DNA of 64,000 nucleotides from Thermoanaerobaculia bacterium. GTDB taxonomy: Bacteria > Acidobacteriota > Thermoanaerobaculia > Multivoradales > JAHEKO01. Both the position numbers and the translations under genes were made by a program. The stretch spans positions 171,968-235,967 of the forward strand of contig CAMYNM010000003.1 in NCBI GenBank assembly GCA_947259725.1. Direction: 5' to 3'. Below the pieces are notes generated by a model. It did no database searches, was not told where the DNA came from, and worked only from the letters and a program-made list of their open reading frames with translations. Each line of letters opens with the position of its first letter. Positions within the stretch are counted from its first letter, which is position 1. Positions 9,749 through 18,826 of this stretch are shown piece after piece.

Positions 9749-10444
9749 ATGGAACTTCCACCGCTGTTTGCGAACCTGCCGTGTGTCCTTGCCGACCGCT
9801 TCTCGCCCCAGGCGCCATGGAAGCTGCTCGGCGATCCGCTGGAGGAGCTGCTCTCCGCGCTTCCCAGCGACCGCCTGGCGGGAACGATCGAGCCGGGCGT
9901 CCATCTGGCGGGCGACCGGATCGTGATCGAGAAGGGGGCCAGGATCCGCTCGGGCGCGGTCATTCACGGTCCGGCGTTCATCGGCGAGGACTGCGACATC
10001 CGACCCGGGGCGTTCCTGCGCGGTGGCGTCTGGCTCGAGAAACACTCGATCGTCGGCGCCAGCACCGAGGTCAAGCGCGCGATCTTCCTGCCTGGCGCCC
10101 GAGCGCCCCATCTCAACTACGTCGGCGATTCGATCCTCGGCGCGGAGGTCAACCTCGGCGCCGGCACCGTGCTCTCGAACTTTCGCCACGACGGCAGCGA
10201 GATCCGCGTCGGCTCCGATCGCGACACCCTGCCCACCGGTCGCCGCAAGCTCGGAGCCATCCTCGGTGACCGGGTTCTCACCGGCTGCAACTGCGTCCTT
10301 CACCCCGGCGTCGTGATCGGCGCGGGTACCCAGCTCTACCCCGGCGTTCAGCTCAGGTCCGGCATCTACCCTGCGAACTCCATCGTCAAGCTGCGCCAGG
10401 AGCTGGAGATCGTCGAGCGCCGGGAGGAACCCGGCAACGGTTGA
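9749..10444 (+). CDS. Left-handed beta-helix (hexapeptide) acyltransferase, GlmU C-terminal-domain-like
   Basis: HLNYVGDSILGAEVNLGAGTVLSNFRHDG...VVIGAGTQL resembles the GlmU acetyltransferase LbH domain. No nucleotidyltransferase domain is present. Confidence 0.65.
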   Translation: MELPPLFANLPCVLADRFSPQAPWKLLGDPLEELLSALPSDRLAGTIEPGVHLAGDRIVIEKGARIRSGAVIHGPAFIGEDCDIRPGAFLRGGVWLEKHSIVGASTEVKRAIFLPGARAPHLNYVGDSILGAEVNLGAGTVLSNFRHDGSEIRVGSDRDTLPTGRRKLGAILGDRVLTGCNCVLHPGVVIGAGTQLYPGVQLRSGIYPANSIVKLRQELEIVERREEPGNG

Positions 10445-10545
10445 CTCGCTAGCCCTCTGGTTGTAGCGGTCGACCTCCATGTCGACCGTCGTCGAGGAGC
10501 GCCGAGCCTCGAGTAACCCCATAGACAGCCACGAATCGGTCCGCG

Positions 10546-12006
10546 CTAGCCGTGATCGACGAGGGTTCTGACGATCTCATCCTGCGCCCGCCTCGCCCTC
10601 CACACGCTTCGCACCCGATTGCACAAGATCGAAAACGCGTACACCTGTCCCGAATGCGCCTTGACGTAGCCGGACAGGGTCGAGACCCCGCTCAGAGAGC
10701 CGGTCTTGGCGAAGACCCGCTCGCGGTACGGAGGCTCCGCCAACCGCTTGCGCCAGCTCGCGTGCTCCTCGAGCCCACCGTAGGGAAGGGTCAGCACGAA
10801 CTCTCGCGCCCAGCGGTGTTCGAACATGTAGGCCAGAAGGCGGGTCAGGTGATTTGCCGAGAAACGATTTCCGCGGGACAGCCCCGAGCCGTCGGCGAGC
10901 TGGTAGCCGTCTGCGATTCCGACTTCGGCGAGGAACTCCTCGAGCACCGCCAGCCCGGCCGGCCACGTTCCGCTCCGACAGAGCCGGGCGCCGAGATGCT
11001 TGAGCAGGCTCTCGGCATAGAAGTTCTGGCTGCGGCGGTTGATGACCTCGAGCGAGGTCAAGAGATCGGTGCGATGCTCGGCGATACGGAACCAGCCTCC
11101 CCGCGGGAAGAGCTCGGAGCGCCGCGGACCGCCTCGGATCTCGACCCCCTCCTTTTCGAAAGCCTCGATCAAAGCCGCGCCGAAATACTCGACGGGATCG
11201 TCCACGCTCACCCAGACATCGACCGGCGCGATGCCCTTCAGGATCATGCCGTTGACCCGGATCACGTTTGTCCCGGACGTGCGATCCACGGCCACCCAGT
11301 GGTGCCGCGAAGAGGCGACCGTGCGCGCCCGGTTCTCGACCTCGAAAATCGGCGCGCCGCTCACGACCTCGACCCGCGCCGGGAGCCCGACTTGCGCCCC
11401 CGGGTAGATCCGAACCAGAACGCAGTTGTCGCTGTAGGAGAGCGCGGCCACCGGCGCCTCGTAGTGGCGCGCGAGCTGGTCGCGTGGCCAATCCGGATGC
11501 ACCCGCACATCGTCGAAGAGACCGTCAACCAGAAATAGATCGCCGGTGATCTCTTCGATGCCGAGCGAGCGCAGCGTCCGTGCCCAGGAGCGAAACACGG
11601 CGGTCGAATCGCCTTCGAAAAAACGACCCGAGATGTTCGGATCGCCCCCACCACGCACGGCCAGGTTCCCGACCAGCGTCTTGCCCCGGCGCTCGCCCTC
11701 GATGAAAACGCTGGTCTCGAAGAAGTGGCCCGGTCCGAGGCGGTCCAGGGCGGCCGCGGTGGTGATCAGCTTGGCATTGGAGGCGATGATCAGGGGCTCA
11801 TCCGCCTGGGAGGAGAAGACCGGCTCGCCCGAGGGAAGCGTGATCACGTGCACCGAAAGCTCCCGCGCGATCGACTTCGCCGCTCGGACCCTCGCGCCGA
11901 GCTTCGATGCCAGTTCGGTCTCGGCCGCCTGGGCGACGCCCGCGATGGCGAGGCCGACGGTCGCCAGGTGGAGGGCTCGGCGGAAAGCCACCGACCGCCG
12001 CGGCAT
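10546..12006 (-). CDS. dacB: D-alanyl-D-alanine carboxypeptidase/endopeptidase (PBP4, peptidase S13)
   Basis: Signal peptide. ASNAKLITTAAAL (SxxK), SYSDN, and KTGSL motifs typical of PBP4. Confidence 0.85.
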   Translation of the reverse strand: MPRRSVAFRRALHLATVGLAIAGVAQAAETELASKLGARVRAAKSIARELSVHVITLPSGEPVFSSQADEPLIIASNAKLITTAAALDRLGPGHFFETSVFIEGERRGKTLVGNLAVRGGGDPNISGRFFEGDSTAVFRSWARTLRSLGIEEITGDLFLVDGLFDDVRVHPDWPRDQLARHYEAPVAALSYSDNCVLVRIYPGAQVGLPARVEVVSGAPIFEVENRARTVASSRHHWVAVDRTSGTNVIRVNGMILKGIAPVDVWVSVDDPVEYFGAALIEAFEKEGVEIRGGPRRSELFPRGGWFRIAEHRTDLLTSLEVINRRSQNFYAESLLKHLGARLCRSGTWPAGLAVLEEFLAEVGIADGYQLADGSGLSRGNRFSANHLTRLLAYMFEHRWAREFVLTLPYGGLEEHASWRKRLAEPPYRERVFAKTGSLSGVSTLSGYVKAHSGQVYAFSILCNRVRSVWRARRAQDEIVRTLVDHG

Positions 12007-12938
12007 CAGGGGTTGCTTTTGTTCAGAAACCGGTAGAGCTCGCCGCGGGTCGAAAGCAGCAGCGCGGTCGATTCGTCGGTGGTCGTTATCAGGGTCTCCA
12101 TCGACTTCACGAACGCGTAGAAATCGCGTGAGTCCGCCGACCGGTTGTACGCCGCGGCGTAGATCTCGGTGGCTTCGGCGTCGGCGCGGCCGACGATCTC
12201 CTGAGCCTTTCTGTAGGCCTCCGACTCGATTTGCTTCAGCTCGCGATCGATGTCGCCGCGGATGCTGGCGGCCTCGCCCTCGCCCTCGGAACGGTAGCGC
12301 TCGGCGATACGCCGGCGCTCGGCGATCATCCGGTCGTAGACCTTGCGCCGGACCTCCTCGACATAGTTGATTCTCTTTAACTGCAAATCGAGGATCTCGA
12401 TGCCGAGATCGGAGGTGCGCCCCTGGGCGTTCCCCAGGATCTCGGAGCGAATCTGCTCGCGACCGATCTGGATCTCCTCGAGCACGGTCGCTGTCTCCGG
12501 CAGCGATTCATCCAAAGCCGGAACGCGATTGGTGGTGCGCACAAGCTCGACCAGCCGGTGCTTGGCGATGGCGTTGCGGGTCTCGCCTTCCAGAATGTCG
12601 CTCAGGCGACTCTGCGCCCGACGCTCGTCGCGCAGGCGTTGAAAGTAAAGCAGCGGATCGGTGATCCGCCAGCGGGCATAGGTATCGACGAAGATGAAGC
12701 GCTTGTCCTTGGTGGTGAGCTCAGTGGCGTCACCGTCCCATTCGAGGAAGCGTTTGTCGAACCGGTGGACCTTCTGAATGAACGGCAGCTTGAAGTGGAG
12801 ACCCGGAGTGTCGACGGGCTTACCGACCGGCTTGCCGAACTGGGTCTTGATGACCTGTTCGGTCTCCTGGACGACGAAGGCGGCGTTGGCCACGACCAGA
12901 AGCGCGATGACCAGGAGAACTACGGTCGCGGTCTTCAC
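12006..12938 (-). CDS. hflC: Protease modulator HflC (SPFH/band-7)
   Basis: N-terminal TM segment followed by an SPFH domain and a coiled-coil. Immediately downstream of hflK with a 4-nt overlap. Confidence 0.85.
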   Translation of the reverse strand: MKTATVVLLVIALLVVANAAFVVQETEQVIKTQFGKPVGKPVDTPGLHFKLPFIQKVHRFDKRFLEWDGDATELTTKDKRFIFVDTYARWRITDPLLYFQRLRDERRAQSRLSDILEGETRNAIAKHRLVELVRTTNRVPALDESLPETATVLEEIQIGREQIRSEILGNAQGRTSDLGIEILDLQLKRINYVEEVRRKVYDRMIAERRRIAERYRSEGEGEAASIRGDIDRELKQIESEAYRKAQEIVGRADAEATEIYAAAYNRSADSRDFYAFVKSMETLITTTDESTALLLSTRGELYRFLNKSNP

Positions 12939-13951
12939 GGGTTGGTTCCTCCCCCGCCGAGGTCGCCGAGCTTACCCTCGAGATCCAGCAGCGGCATGAC
13001 GCCCTCGAGCTGGTCGTCCAGAATGACTTTGCGCCCGGTCTTTGAGAGCACCTCGTTGACGGTTTCGAGGTAGATCCGCCGCCGGGTCACTTCCGGCGCC
13101 TTGCGGTACTCACCGTAGATGCTGTTGAAGCGATCCGCCTCACCCCGGGAGCGATTTACCCGGTCGAGCGCATAGCCCTCGGCGACCGAGACCGTCTTCT
13201 CGGCCTCACCGCGGGCTCGAAAAATGACCTTGTTGTATTCCGATTGCGCCTGGTTGATCTTGGTTTCACGCTCCTGCTCGGCCTGGTTGACCTCATTGAA
13301 CGAGGCCTTGACCTGATCCGGCGGGTTGACGTCCTGCAGGACGACCTGATCGACCTTGACGCCATTCTCGTACTGGTTGCAAAGCTCCTGGAGCCGCACT
13401 TCGACCAGATCGGCGACCTCTTGACGGCCGACGGTCAGCACCTCGTCGACCGTGCGATCGCCGACGACGTTGCGCATGACCGCTTCGCTCATGTCGCGAA
13501 GCGTCTCCTCGACGTTACGGACCCGAAACAGGAACTCTTGCGGATCGTCGATCCGGTACTGCACCACCCACTCGACCACCGCCGCGTTGAGGTCTCCGGT
13601 GAGCATGTTGGACTCACCCTGCAGGCTGCGCGGACCGCGATCGGCTCGCTGCGATTGAAACCCGAACTCCAGCTTGAGCTGCCGTTGCACCGGCAACTTG
13701 ATCACCTGTTCGATGCCGAGCGGCACCTTGAAATGAAGTCCCGGATCGGTCGAGCGAACGTAGGCGCCGAAGCGCAGCACCACGCCGACCTCCTCCGGAT
13801 CGATGGTGTAGATCGAGCTGAAGAGAACCACCCCCGCCAGGACCAGAAGCGCTACAAGGCGCAAGCGCCCAGCCGGAAGATCCAACTTGGGGAGTTTGGG
13901 CAGCGTCGGAAGCTCGACGATGTTTCTCGGTGGGCGGCCGGAGTTCGACAT
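12935..13951 (-). CDS. hflK: Protease modulator HflK (SPFH/band-7)
   Basis: TM segment then an SPFH domain (GVVLRFGAY...). Start set at MSNSGRPP (ATG 13949-13951). The longer upstream extension is R-rich. Confidence 0.85.
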   Translation of the reverse strand: MSNSGRPPRNIVELPTLPKLPKLDLPAGRLRLVALLVLAGVVLFSSIYTIDPEEVGVVLRFGAYVRSTDPGLHFKVPLGIEQVIKLPVQRQLKLEFGFQSQRADRGPRSLQGESNMLTGDLNAAVVEWVVQYRIDDPQEFLFRVRNVEETLRDMSEAVMRNVVGDRTVDEVLTVGRQEVADLVEVRLQELCNQYENGVKVDQVVLQDVNPPDQVKASFNEVNQAEQERETKINQAQSEYNKVIFRARGEAEKTVSVAEGYALDRVNRSRGEADRFNSIYGEYRKAPEVTRRRIYLETVNEVLSKTGRKVILDDQLEGVMPLLDLEGKLGDLGGGGTNP

Positions 13952-14119
13952 CTCTGTCAAGCTACCCCAGGAGCCGCCCGAACGCAACGCCGGGTGGTGT
14001 CCCAATAGCGACCCTGAGTACACCACCCGCCGTGAGGCTCGCTTGCGTGTCCGCCCGCTTCGGCCCATACTCGGATCGGTAGGCATTCACCCCTCCCCCG
14101 ACCCGACTGGAGGTGCGCC

Positions 14120-15412
14120 ATGAGGAGTGCTACGACGCCGACCGCTGGCAGCGGTCCGAATCTCCCTGCGACCCGAATCCGGGCGAAGGCGGGCAAAGCG
14201 GCGGCAAGAACTGCCGCCGAACCCAGTCTCAGTACCGAGTACCTCGGCGAGGAGCCTTCGAGCAGCCTCGGCGACGTGGAGCGCGGCGTGCGCGAACTCG
14301 TCGGCACGGTTCTCGACGCCGCTCGGATCTCGCCCCCGGCGCTCGTAAGCTCGGTTCTGGGCCCGCCGTGGACCTGGATTCCGCCCCACGAGCGCTACTC
14401 GGAGTTCAAGATCCTCGATCTGTGGAGATTGCGGCGGACGGTGCGGTTTCTGATCAACGCCGGCGTGCCCTCGCTGCCGATGGCGCCGCCCTCCCTCGGG
14501 CCTCCCCTTCTCGACAACCTCTTCTGGCATCCGACGCGGGTGCTCCAGCGGCCCGATCACAACGGCTGCTGCACGAGCTTTCCCGACGAGCAGTGGTTTT
14601 TCGTCAACGGCATCCTGACCGACGACAACGTGGCTCAAATCAACGCCGCCTGTCTGGCCGACCTCTTTCATCGCCCGATCACGCTGATCCAAAACAGCAC
14701 GGATGCGATCCTGATCGACCTTCTACAGTGCGCCCTGGGCCGCAGCCTGCACGACTCGACCGAGCCGCTCAAGGTCGCCTTTCCCGCGATCTACGACGCG
14801 CTCGTCGATCCCCACAAGCGGCGGGTGGTGGTCGTTTGCCACTCGCAGGGGACGATCATCATGGCGAATGTGCTGCGGTGGCTCTACCGTCTGGTCGACC
14901 GGCACAGGGCGCTGCACCGGCCCCGCCCGACGGCGACAGCCTCGACGGGGTTTGCCCCGCCCGAGCCGGTCTTTCCGGATCTGGGTCCTCTCGATCTCGA
15001 CGACTTCGAGCCCCTGGACCCGGCCGACCTCGGCAAGCTCGAGGTCTATGCCTTCGCCACCTGCGCGCAGAGGATGGGTTTCTACGGCGGGCCCCGTCGA
15101 GGCGCCCGGCGGCTGCCCTGGATCGAGCACTACGGCAACACCAACGACATCGTGGCCCGGCTGGGGATGCTCGCGCCGCGGGCCGAGCGCCGCCAGATCT
15201 CGATCGAGGGTCCGCGCTTCGAGCGCCCTGGCGCCTGGGGGCACCTGCTCAACGCCCACTATCTGACGCCCATCCGGGAGTGTCAGAAGCGAGGCCATCG
15301 CCGCGGCGGAAGCGGCAGCGCCGATCCTTTCGTTCTGGTCGACGCGGACGACGATCGGTCGGCGATACCCCGGCTCTTTGCCTACCTCAACGGCGGCACG
15401 CCCGACGCCTGA
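14120..15412 (+). CDS. Alpha/beta-hydrolase-fold protein, lipase-like (VVCHSQGT nucleophile elbow), uncharacterised
   Basis: ATG preceded by a GGAGGTG RBS. HSQG elbow after a beta-strand. Long N- and C-terminal extensions with no recognised family. Confidence 0.55.
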   Translation: MRSATTPTAGSGPNLPATRIRAKAGKAAARTAAEPSLSTEYLGEEPSSSLGDVERGVRELVGTVLDAARISPPALVSSVLGPPWTWIPPHERYSEFKILDLWRLRRTVRFLINAGVPSLPMAPPSLGPPLLDNLFWHPTRVLQRPDHNGCCTSFPDEQWFFVNGILTDDNVAQINAACLADLFHRPITLIQNSTDAILIDLLQCALGRSLHDSTEPLKVAFPAIYDALVDPHKRRVVVVCHSQGTIIMANVLRWLYRLVDRHRALHRPRPTATASTGFAPPEPVFPDLGPLDLDDFEPLDPADLGKLEVYAFATCAQRMGFYGGPRRGARRLPWIEHYGNTNDIVARLGMLAPRAERRQISIEGPRFERPGAWGHLLNAHYLTPIRECQKRGHRRGGSGSADPFVLVDADDDRSAIPRLFAYLNGGTPDA

Positions 15413-15683
15413 TCGCGACGCTCTTTCCGCGTGGCGGGAGGTGGCGGCCTGGGAACTAGCTAACCTCATCTTTCGCAATGGGTTACCGTGGATGGTGCCG
15501 TTTGGAACTCGTTCTCGATTAGCGCAGATCAAAGGGATTCGCGATGGTCTGCCGCAACTGCCGACTCACGCCGAGGCGCAAGTCTCGCGCTGCCAGCAAG
15601 TGAAACGTCAGATCGCATAGGAAACCGCCCAACGCCGGACGGCGAGCCCGCTGCGCACGCCTCTCGGGTATTCTCCCCAGGCG

Positions 15684-18224
15684 ATGGCGCCGCGCTTCGA
15701 CTCCGACAACCTGCGTCTCGAGCTCGGGGTCGCCGACCTCCTCGACACCTCGCTTTTTCGGCACATCGGCTTCGGACAGCGCGGCGGCTACGAGCGCATG
15801 TGGGTGGGCCAGGCGATCCACAGCCGCTATCAAGAGGAAGCGCAGCGCGAAGACGCCACCTACCGCGCCGAAGTGCCGATTCGGGTGGCCTTCGAGCATC
15901 GGGGCTGGGAGGTCACGATTCGAGGGCGAATCGACGGTCTGCGCCGGGAGGCAGTCGGGGATTCGGGCGCCGATCGCACGATACTCGAGGAGATCAAGTC
16001 GGTGCGCCGGGGAAGCGAGCTGGCGGACGCCACGCGGGCGATCTACCAGCGCCAGGCGCTTCTCTACGCCTGGATGTTGAGTCTCGGCGACGCCGTACGG
16101 TCCGACGCTTCGGAAGGTGAGAACGGGGCCCTGCCGGCGGGCCTCCTACCGGCGACGAGCATCGCGGCCGAGCTCGTCCTCATCGAGATCGGATCGCACC
16201 AGGTTCGCCGCGAGCCCCTGGACCTCGACCTCGAGTCGATCGACGCCTCGGTGCGCCGCCGCCTCAACAGCCTGATCCACGACCATGACCGCAACCGCGA
16301 GATTGCCCTCGAACGGCGCGAGGCCGGCGAGCGGCTGAGCTTCCCCTACTCCGAGCTGCGCGCCGGCCAGGACGACATCGTCGAAGCGGTCGCGACCGCC
16401 CTCGCGCAGCAGGAGCATCTCCTGGTGGAAGCGCCCACCGGGCTGGGAAAGACGGTCGCGGCGCTCTATCCGGCGCTCAAGTACGCGCTCGAGAACCAGA
16501 AGCGGGTTTTCGTGCTGACCGCCAAGACCCTGCAACAGGACATGGCCACGGCGGTGCTCGAGCTGCTCAACGAAGACGGCTCGTTCCGGTCGCTGCGCCT
16601 GCGCGCGAAGGCCAAGATGTGCGCCAACGAAGAAGTCATCTGCCACGAGGAATTCTGTCGCTACGCCAAGGACTACCACTTGAAGCTCCATCGCTCGCGC
16701 ATCGTGGACGACCTGATGCTGCGCTATCCGACGCTTCTTCCGGACGGCATCTTTTCTCTGGCGCGCGACGAGGAGGTCTGTCCCTTCGAGGTCAGCCTCG
16801 AGCTCTCGGGCCGCTCCCAGGTCGTGGTGTGCGACTACAACTACGCGTTTGACCCGTACGTCGCGCTGTCCGAGTTCGGCAAGGACAACGACCTCCAGGA
16901 CACCGTGCTGGTGGTCGACGAGATCCACAACCTGGTGGACCGCGGCCGGGGCTACTACAGCCCGTCGCTCTCGACCACCAAGGCGCTCGCCGCCGCCGAG
17001 TTCCTGGTCGCGACATCCCATCGCTCGCCGCAGCGGGCCGCCAAGGCCTGCCACGAGCTCGCCGCCTGGATCGCCGACACCGTCGATCGGGTGCTCGCCG
17101 ACCTCGGGGGTGCGGCCGGCGGCGGCGGACCGAGCCCGGAGCGCGAGGCGGCCGAGACGGATTTCCCCGAAGATGATCTCTGGGACCTGCGGCCGGACTT
17201 CGACGACGCCTTCGTCGACTACGTCGAGTACCAGCGGGAGACCTCCACCTACCGGGCCGAGGATCCGTTCGTGGATCTCTACTTCGATTTTCTCCGCTTT
17301 CTGGACGGTCTGGTCCTGGCGCGCTCCGACGCCTTCAGCCAGTACGTCAAACGCCGAGGCGAACGGCGGGCGGTCAACATCCTGTGCAAGGACCCGAGCC
17401 GGTTCATCGGCGGGGTCATCAACCGGACCCACTCGACCATCGGGCTCTCGGCGACCTTGTCGCCGACCGAGTTCTACCGAGACCTTCTGGGCTTTGATCG
17501 CGAGCGAACCGTGGCCAAGACCATCGCCAGCCCGTTTCCCCACGAGAATCGCTGCGTGGTGATCGACGACTCCGTCTCCACGCTATGGCGCGAGCGCGAG
17601 AGCAACTACCAGCCGATCGCCGAAAACCTGTCGAGACTGGCGGCGGCGGTGCCGGGCAACTGCCTGGCTCTTTTTCCCAGCTATGCCTTCATCGACCGGG
17701 TCGCTCCCGGGCTCAAGCCCACCGGCAAGCGGGTTCTGGTGCAGGGGCGCGACGACAGCGACCAGACCCGGCAGGAGGTGCTCGAGCTGCTGCGCACACC
17801 GATCGCCGGCGACAATCTGCTCCTGGCGGTGGCGGGTGGCGTGTTCGCCGAGGGCGTCGACTACCCCGGCGAAATCCTCAAGGCGGTCGCGATCGTCGGG
17901 CCCTGCCTGCCGGCGGTGACCCTCGAACGAGAGCTCCTCAAGATCTACTACCAGGAGCGCTTCGAGCGCGGCTTCGAGTACGCCTTCGTGGTGCCGGGGA
18001 TGACGCGGGTGGTGCAAGCAGCCGGGCGGCTGATCCGCTCCTCCGACGACACCGGGGTCATCGCCCTTCTGGACCAACGCTTCCTCAAGACCCCCTACCG
18101 CGACCACCTGCCGGAGGACTGGTGGCAGGGAGGCCGGCTCGCCGACCTGATCGCAGCGCCCGGTGAGGCCGCGGCCCGGTTCTTCGCGGAGCTGCGGAAC
18201 GCAGCGGGCCTGGGTCGGCTTTAG
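15684..18224 (+). CDS. DinG/XPD-family Fe-S SF2 DNA helicase with an N-terminal PD-(D/E)xK (RecB/Cas4-like) nuclease domain
   Basis: N-terminal domain carries GQAIHSRYQ (GxxxHxxxQ), RGRIDGL and ILEEIKS (ExK) motifs. Helicase part has Walker A VEAPTGLGKT, DEAH-like VDEIHN, a four-Cys Fe-S insertion (CANEEVICHEEFC...CPFE...VVVCDY), and the C-terminal RecA-like motifs of DinG. Confidence 0.8.
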   Translation: MAPRFDSDNLRLELGVADLLDTSLFRHIGFGQRGGYERMWVGQAIHSRYQEEAQREDATYRAEVPIRVAFEHRGWEVTIRGRIDGLRREAVGDSGADRTILEEIKSVRRGSELADATRAIYQRQALLYAWMLSLGDAVRSDASEGENGALPAGLLPATSIAAELVLIEIGSHQVRREPLDLDLESIDASVRRRLNSLIHDHDRNREIALERREAGERLSFPYSELRAGQDDIVEAVATALAQQEHLLVEAPTGLGKTVAALYPALKYALENQKRVFVLTAKTLQQDMATAVLELLNEDGSFRSLRLRAKAKMCANEEVICHEEFCRYAKDYHLKLHRSRIVDDLMLRYPTLLPDGIFSLARDEEVCPFEVSLELSGRSQVVVCDYNYAFDPYVALSEFGKDNDLQDTVLVVDEIHNLVDRGRGYYSPSLSTTKALAAAEFLVATSHRSPQRAAKACHELAAWIADTVDRVLADLGGAAGGGGPSPEREAAETDFPEDDLWDLRPDFDDAFVDYVEYQRETSTYRAEDPFVDLYFDFLRFLDGLVLARSDAFSQYVKRRGERRAVNILCKDPSRFIGGVINRTHSTIGLSATLSPTEFYRDLLGFDRERTVAKTIASPFPHENRCVVIDDSVSTLWRERESNYQPIAENLSRLAAAVPGNCLALFPSYAFIDRVAPGLKPTGKRVLVQGRDDSDQTRQEVLELLRTPIAGDNLLLAVAGGVFAEGVDYPGEILKAVAIVGPCLPAVTLERELLKIYYQERFERGFEYAFVVPGMTRVVQAAGRLIRSSDDTGVIALLDQRFLKTPYRDHLPEDWWQGGRLADLIAAPGEAAARFFAELRNAAGLGRL

Positions 18225-18460
18225 TCGCCCGAAGAGCTCTGTTGCCTTCGCCCGTACCTCTCGAGGTGCTCCTCGACCAGGCGGTGAACGCCGATCCGCT
18301 GGAGCTCGGCCGAGAGCACCAGGATCTGATTGGCCTTGAGCGGGTGATCTTTGTAGATCACCGCCAGCACCTTCTTGAGCGCCGCTGACAGCTCGGGGTC
18401 CAGGGCCTCGTCTTTTCCGCTCACGACCGGAAACTCAAGAACGGCTCTCGGCGGCTTCAT
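18221..18460 (-). CDS. Small hypothetical protein (79 aa) downstream of the ferredoxin
   Basis: ORF overlaps the ferredoxin gene by 26 nt on the same strand. No motif recognised. Coding status uncertain. Confidence 0.3.
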   Translation of the reverse strand: MKPPRAVLEFPVVSGKDEALDPELSAALKKVLAVIYKDHPLKANQILVLSAELQRIGVHRLVEEHLERYGRRQQSSSGD

Positions 18461-18803
18461 GCATCTGCTCCGGATCGTAGTCGTAGAGCAACGACCGCAC
18501 CGTCAGGCTGGGCGCGACCTCGACCCCCTCTTCCCAGCCCCACATGTCGATGGTCTCCCAGGGACAGTAGCGAGCGCACAGCTGACAACCGATGCAGCGC
18601 TCGAGATCGACTTCGACCAGCTTCATGAAATCCGGATGCTTGGGGCCGGGCACGATCTCGATGCAGTCGACCGGGCAGAAGGCGATGCAGGCCTCGCAGC
18701 CCGTGCAACCGGTCTGATCGATCACCGCCACCTGCTTGGGCGGCTTCGGCCGCGGCGCCTTGTCGATCTCGATCTTGGTCTCGTAGGGAAACTCGTCAGC
18801 CAT
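18435..18803 (-). CDS. Dicluster 4Fe-4S ferredoxin
   Basis: Two CxxCxxCxxxCP motifs (CTGCEACIAFCP and CIGCQLCARYCP). Confidence 0.85.
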   Translation of the reverse strand: MADEFPYETKIEIDKAPRPKPPKQVAVIDQTGCTGCEACIAFCPVDCIEIVPGPKHPDFMKLVEVDLERCIGCQLCARYCPWETIDMWGWEEGVEVAPSLTVRSLLYDYDPEQMHEAAESRS

Positions 18804-18826
18804 GACGCGGATACTAGCAGAGCCTT

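Noticed and set aside
15378-15620. 80-aa ORF overlapping the 3' end of the hydrolase gene
   Set aside because: Mixed third-position composition, unlike neighbouring genes. It starts inside another gene and has no RBS. More likely non-coding leader sequence.
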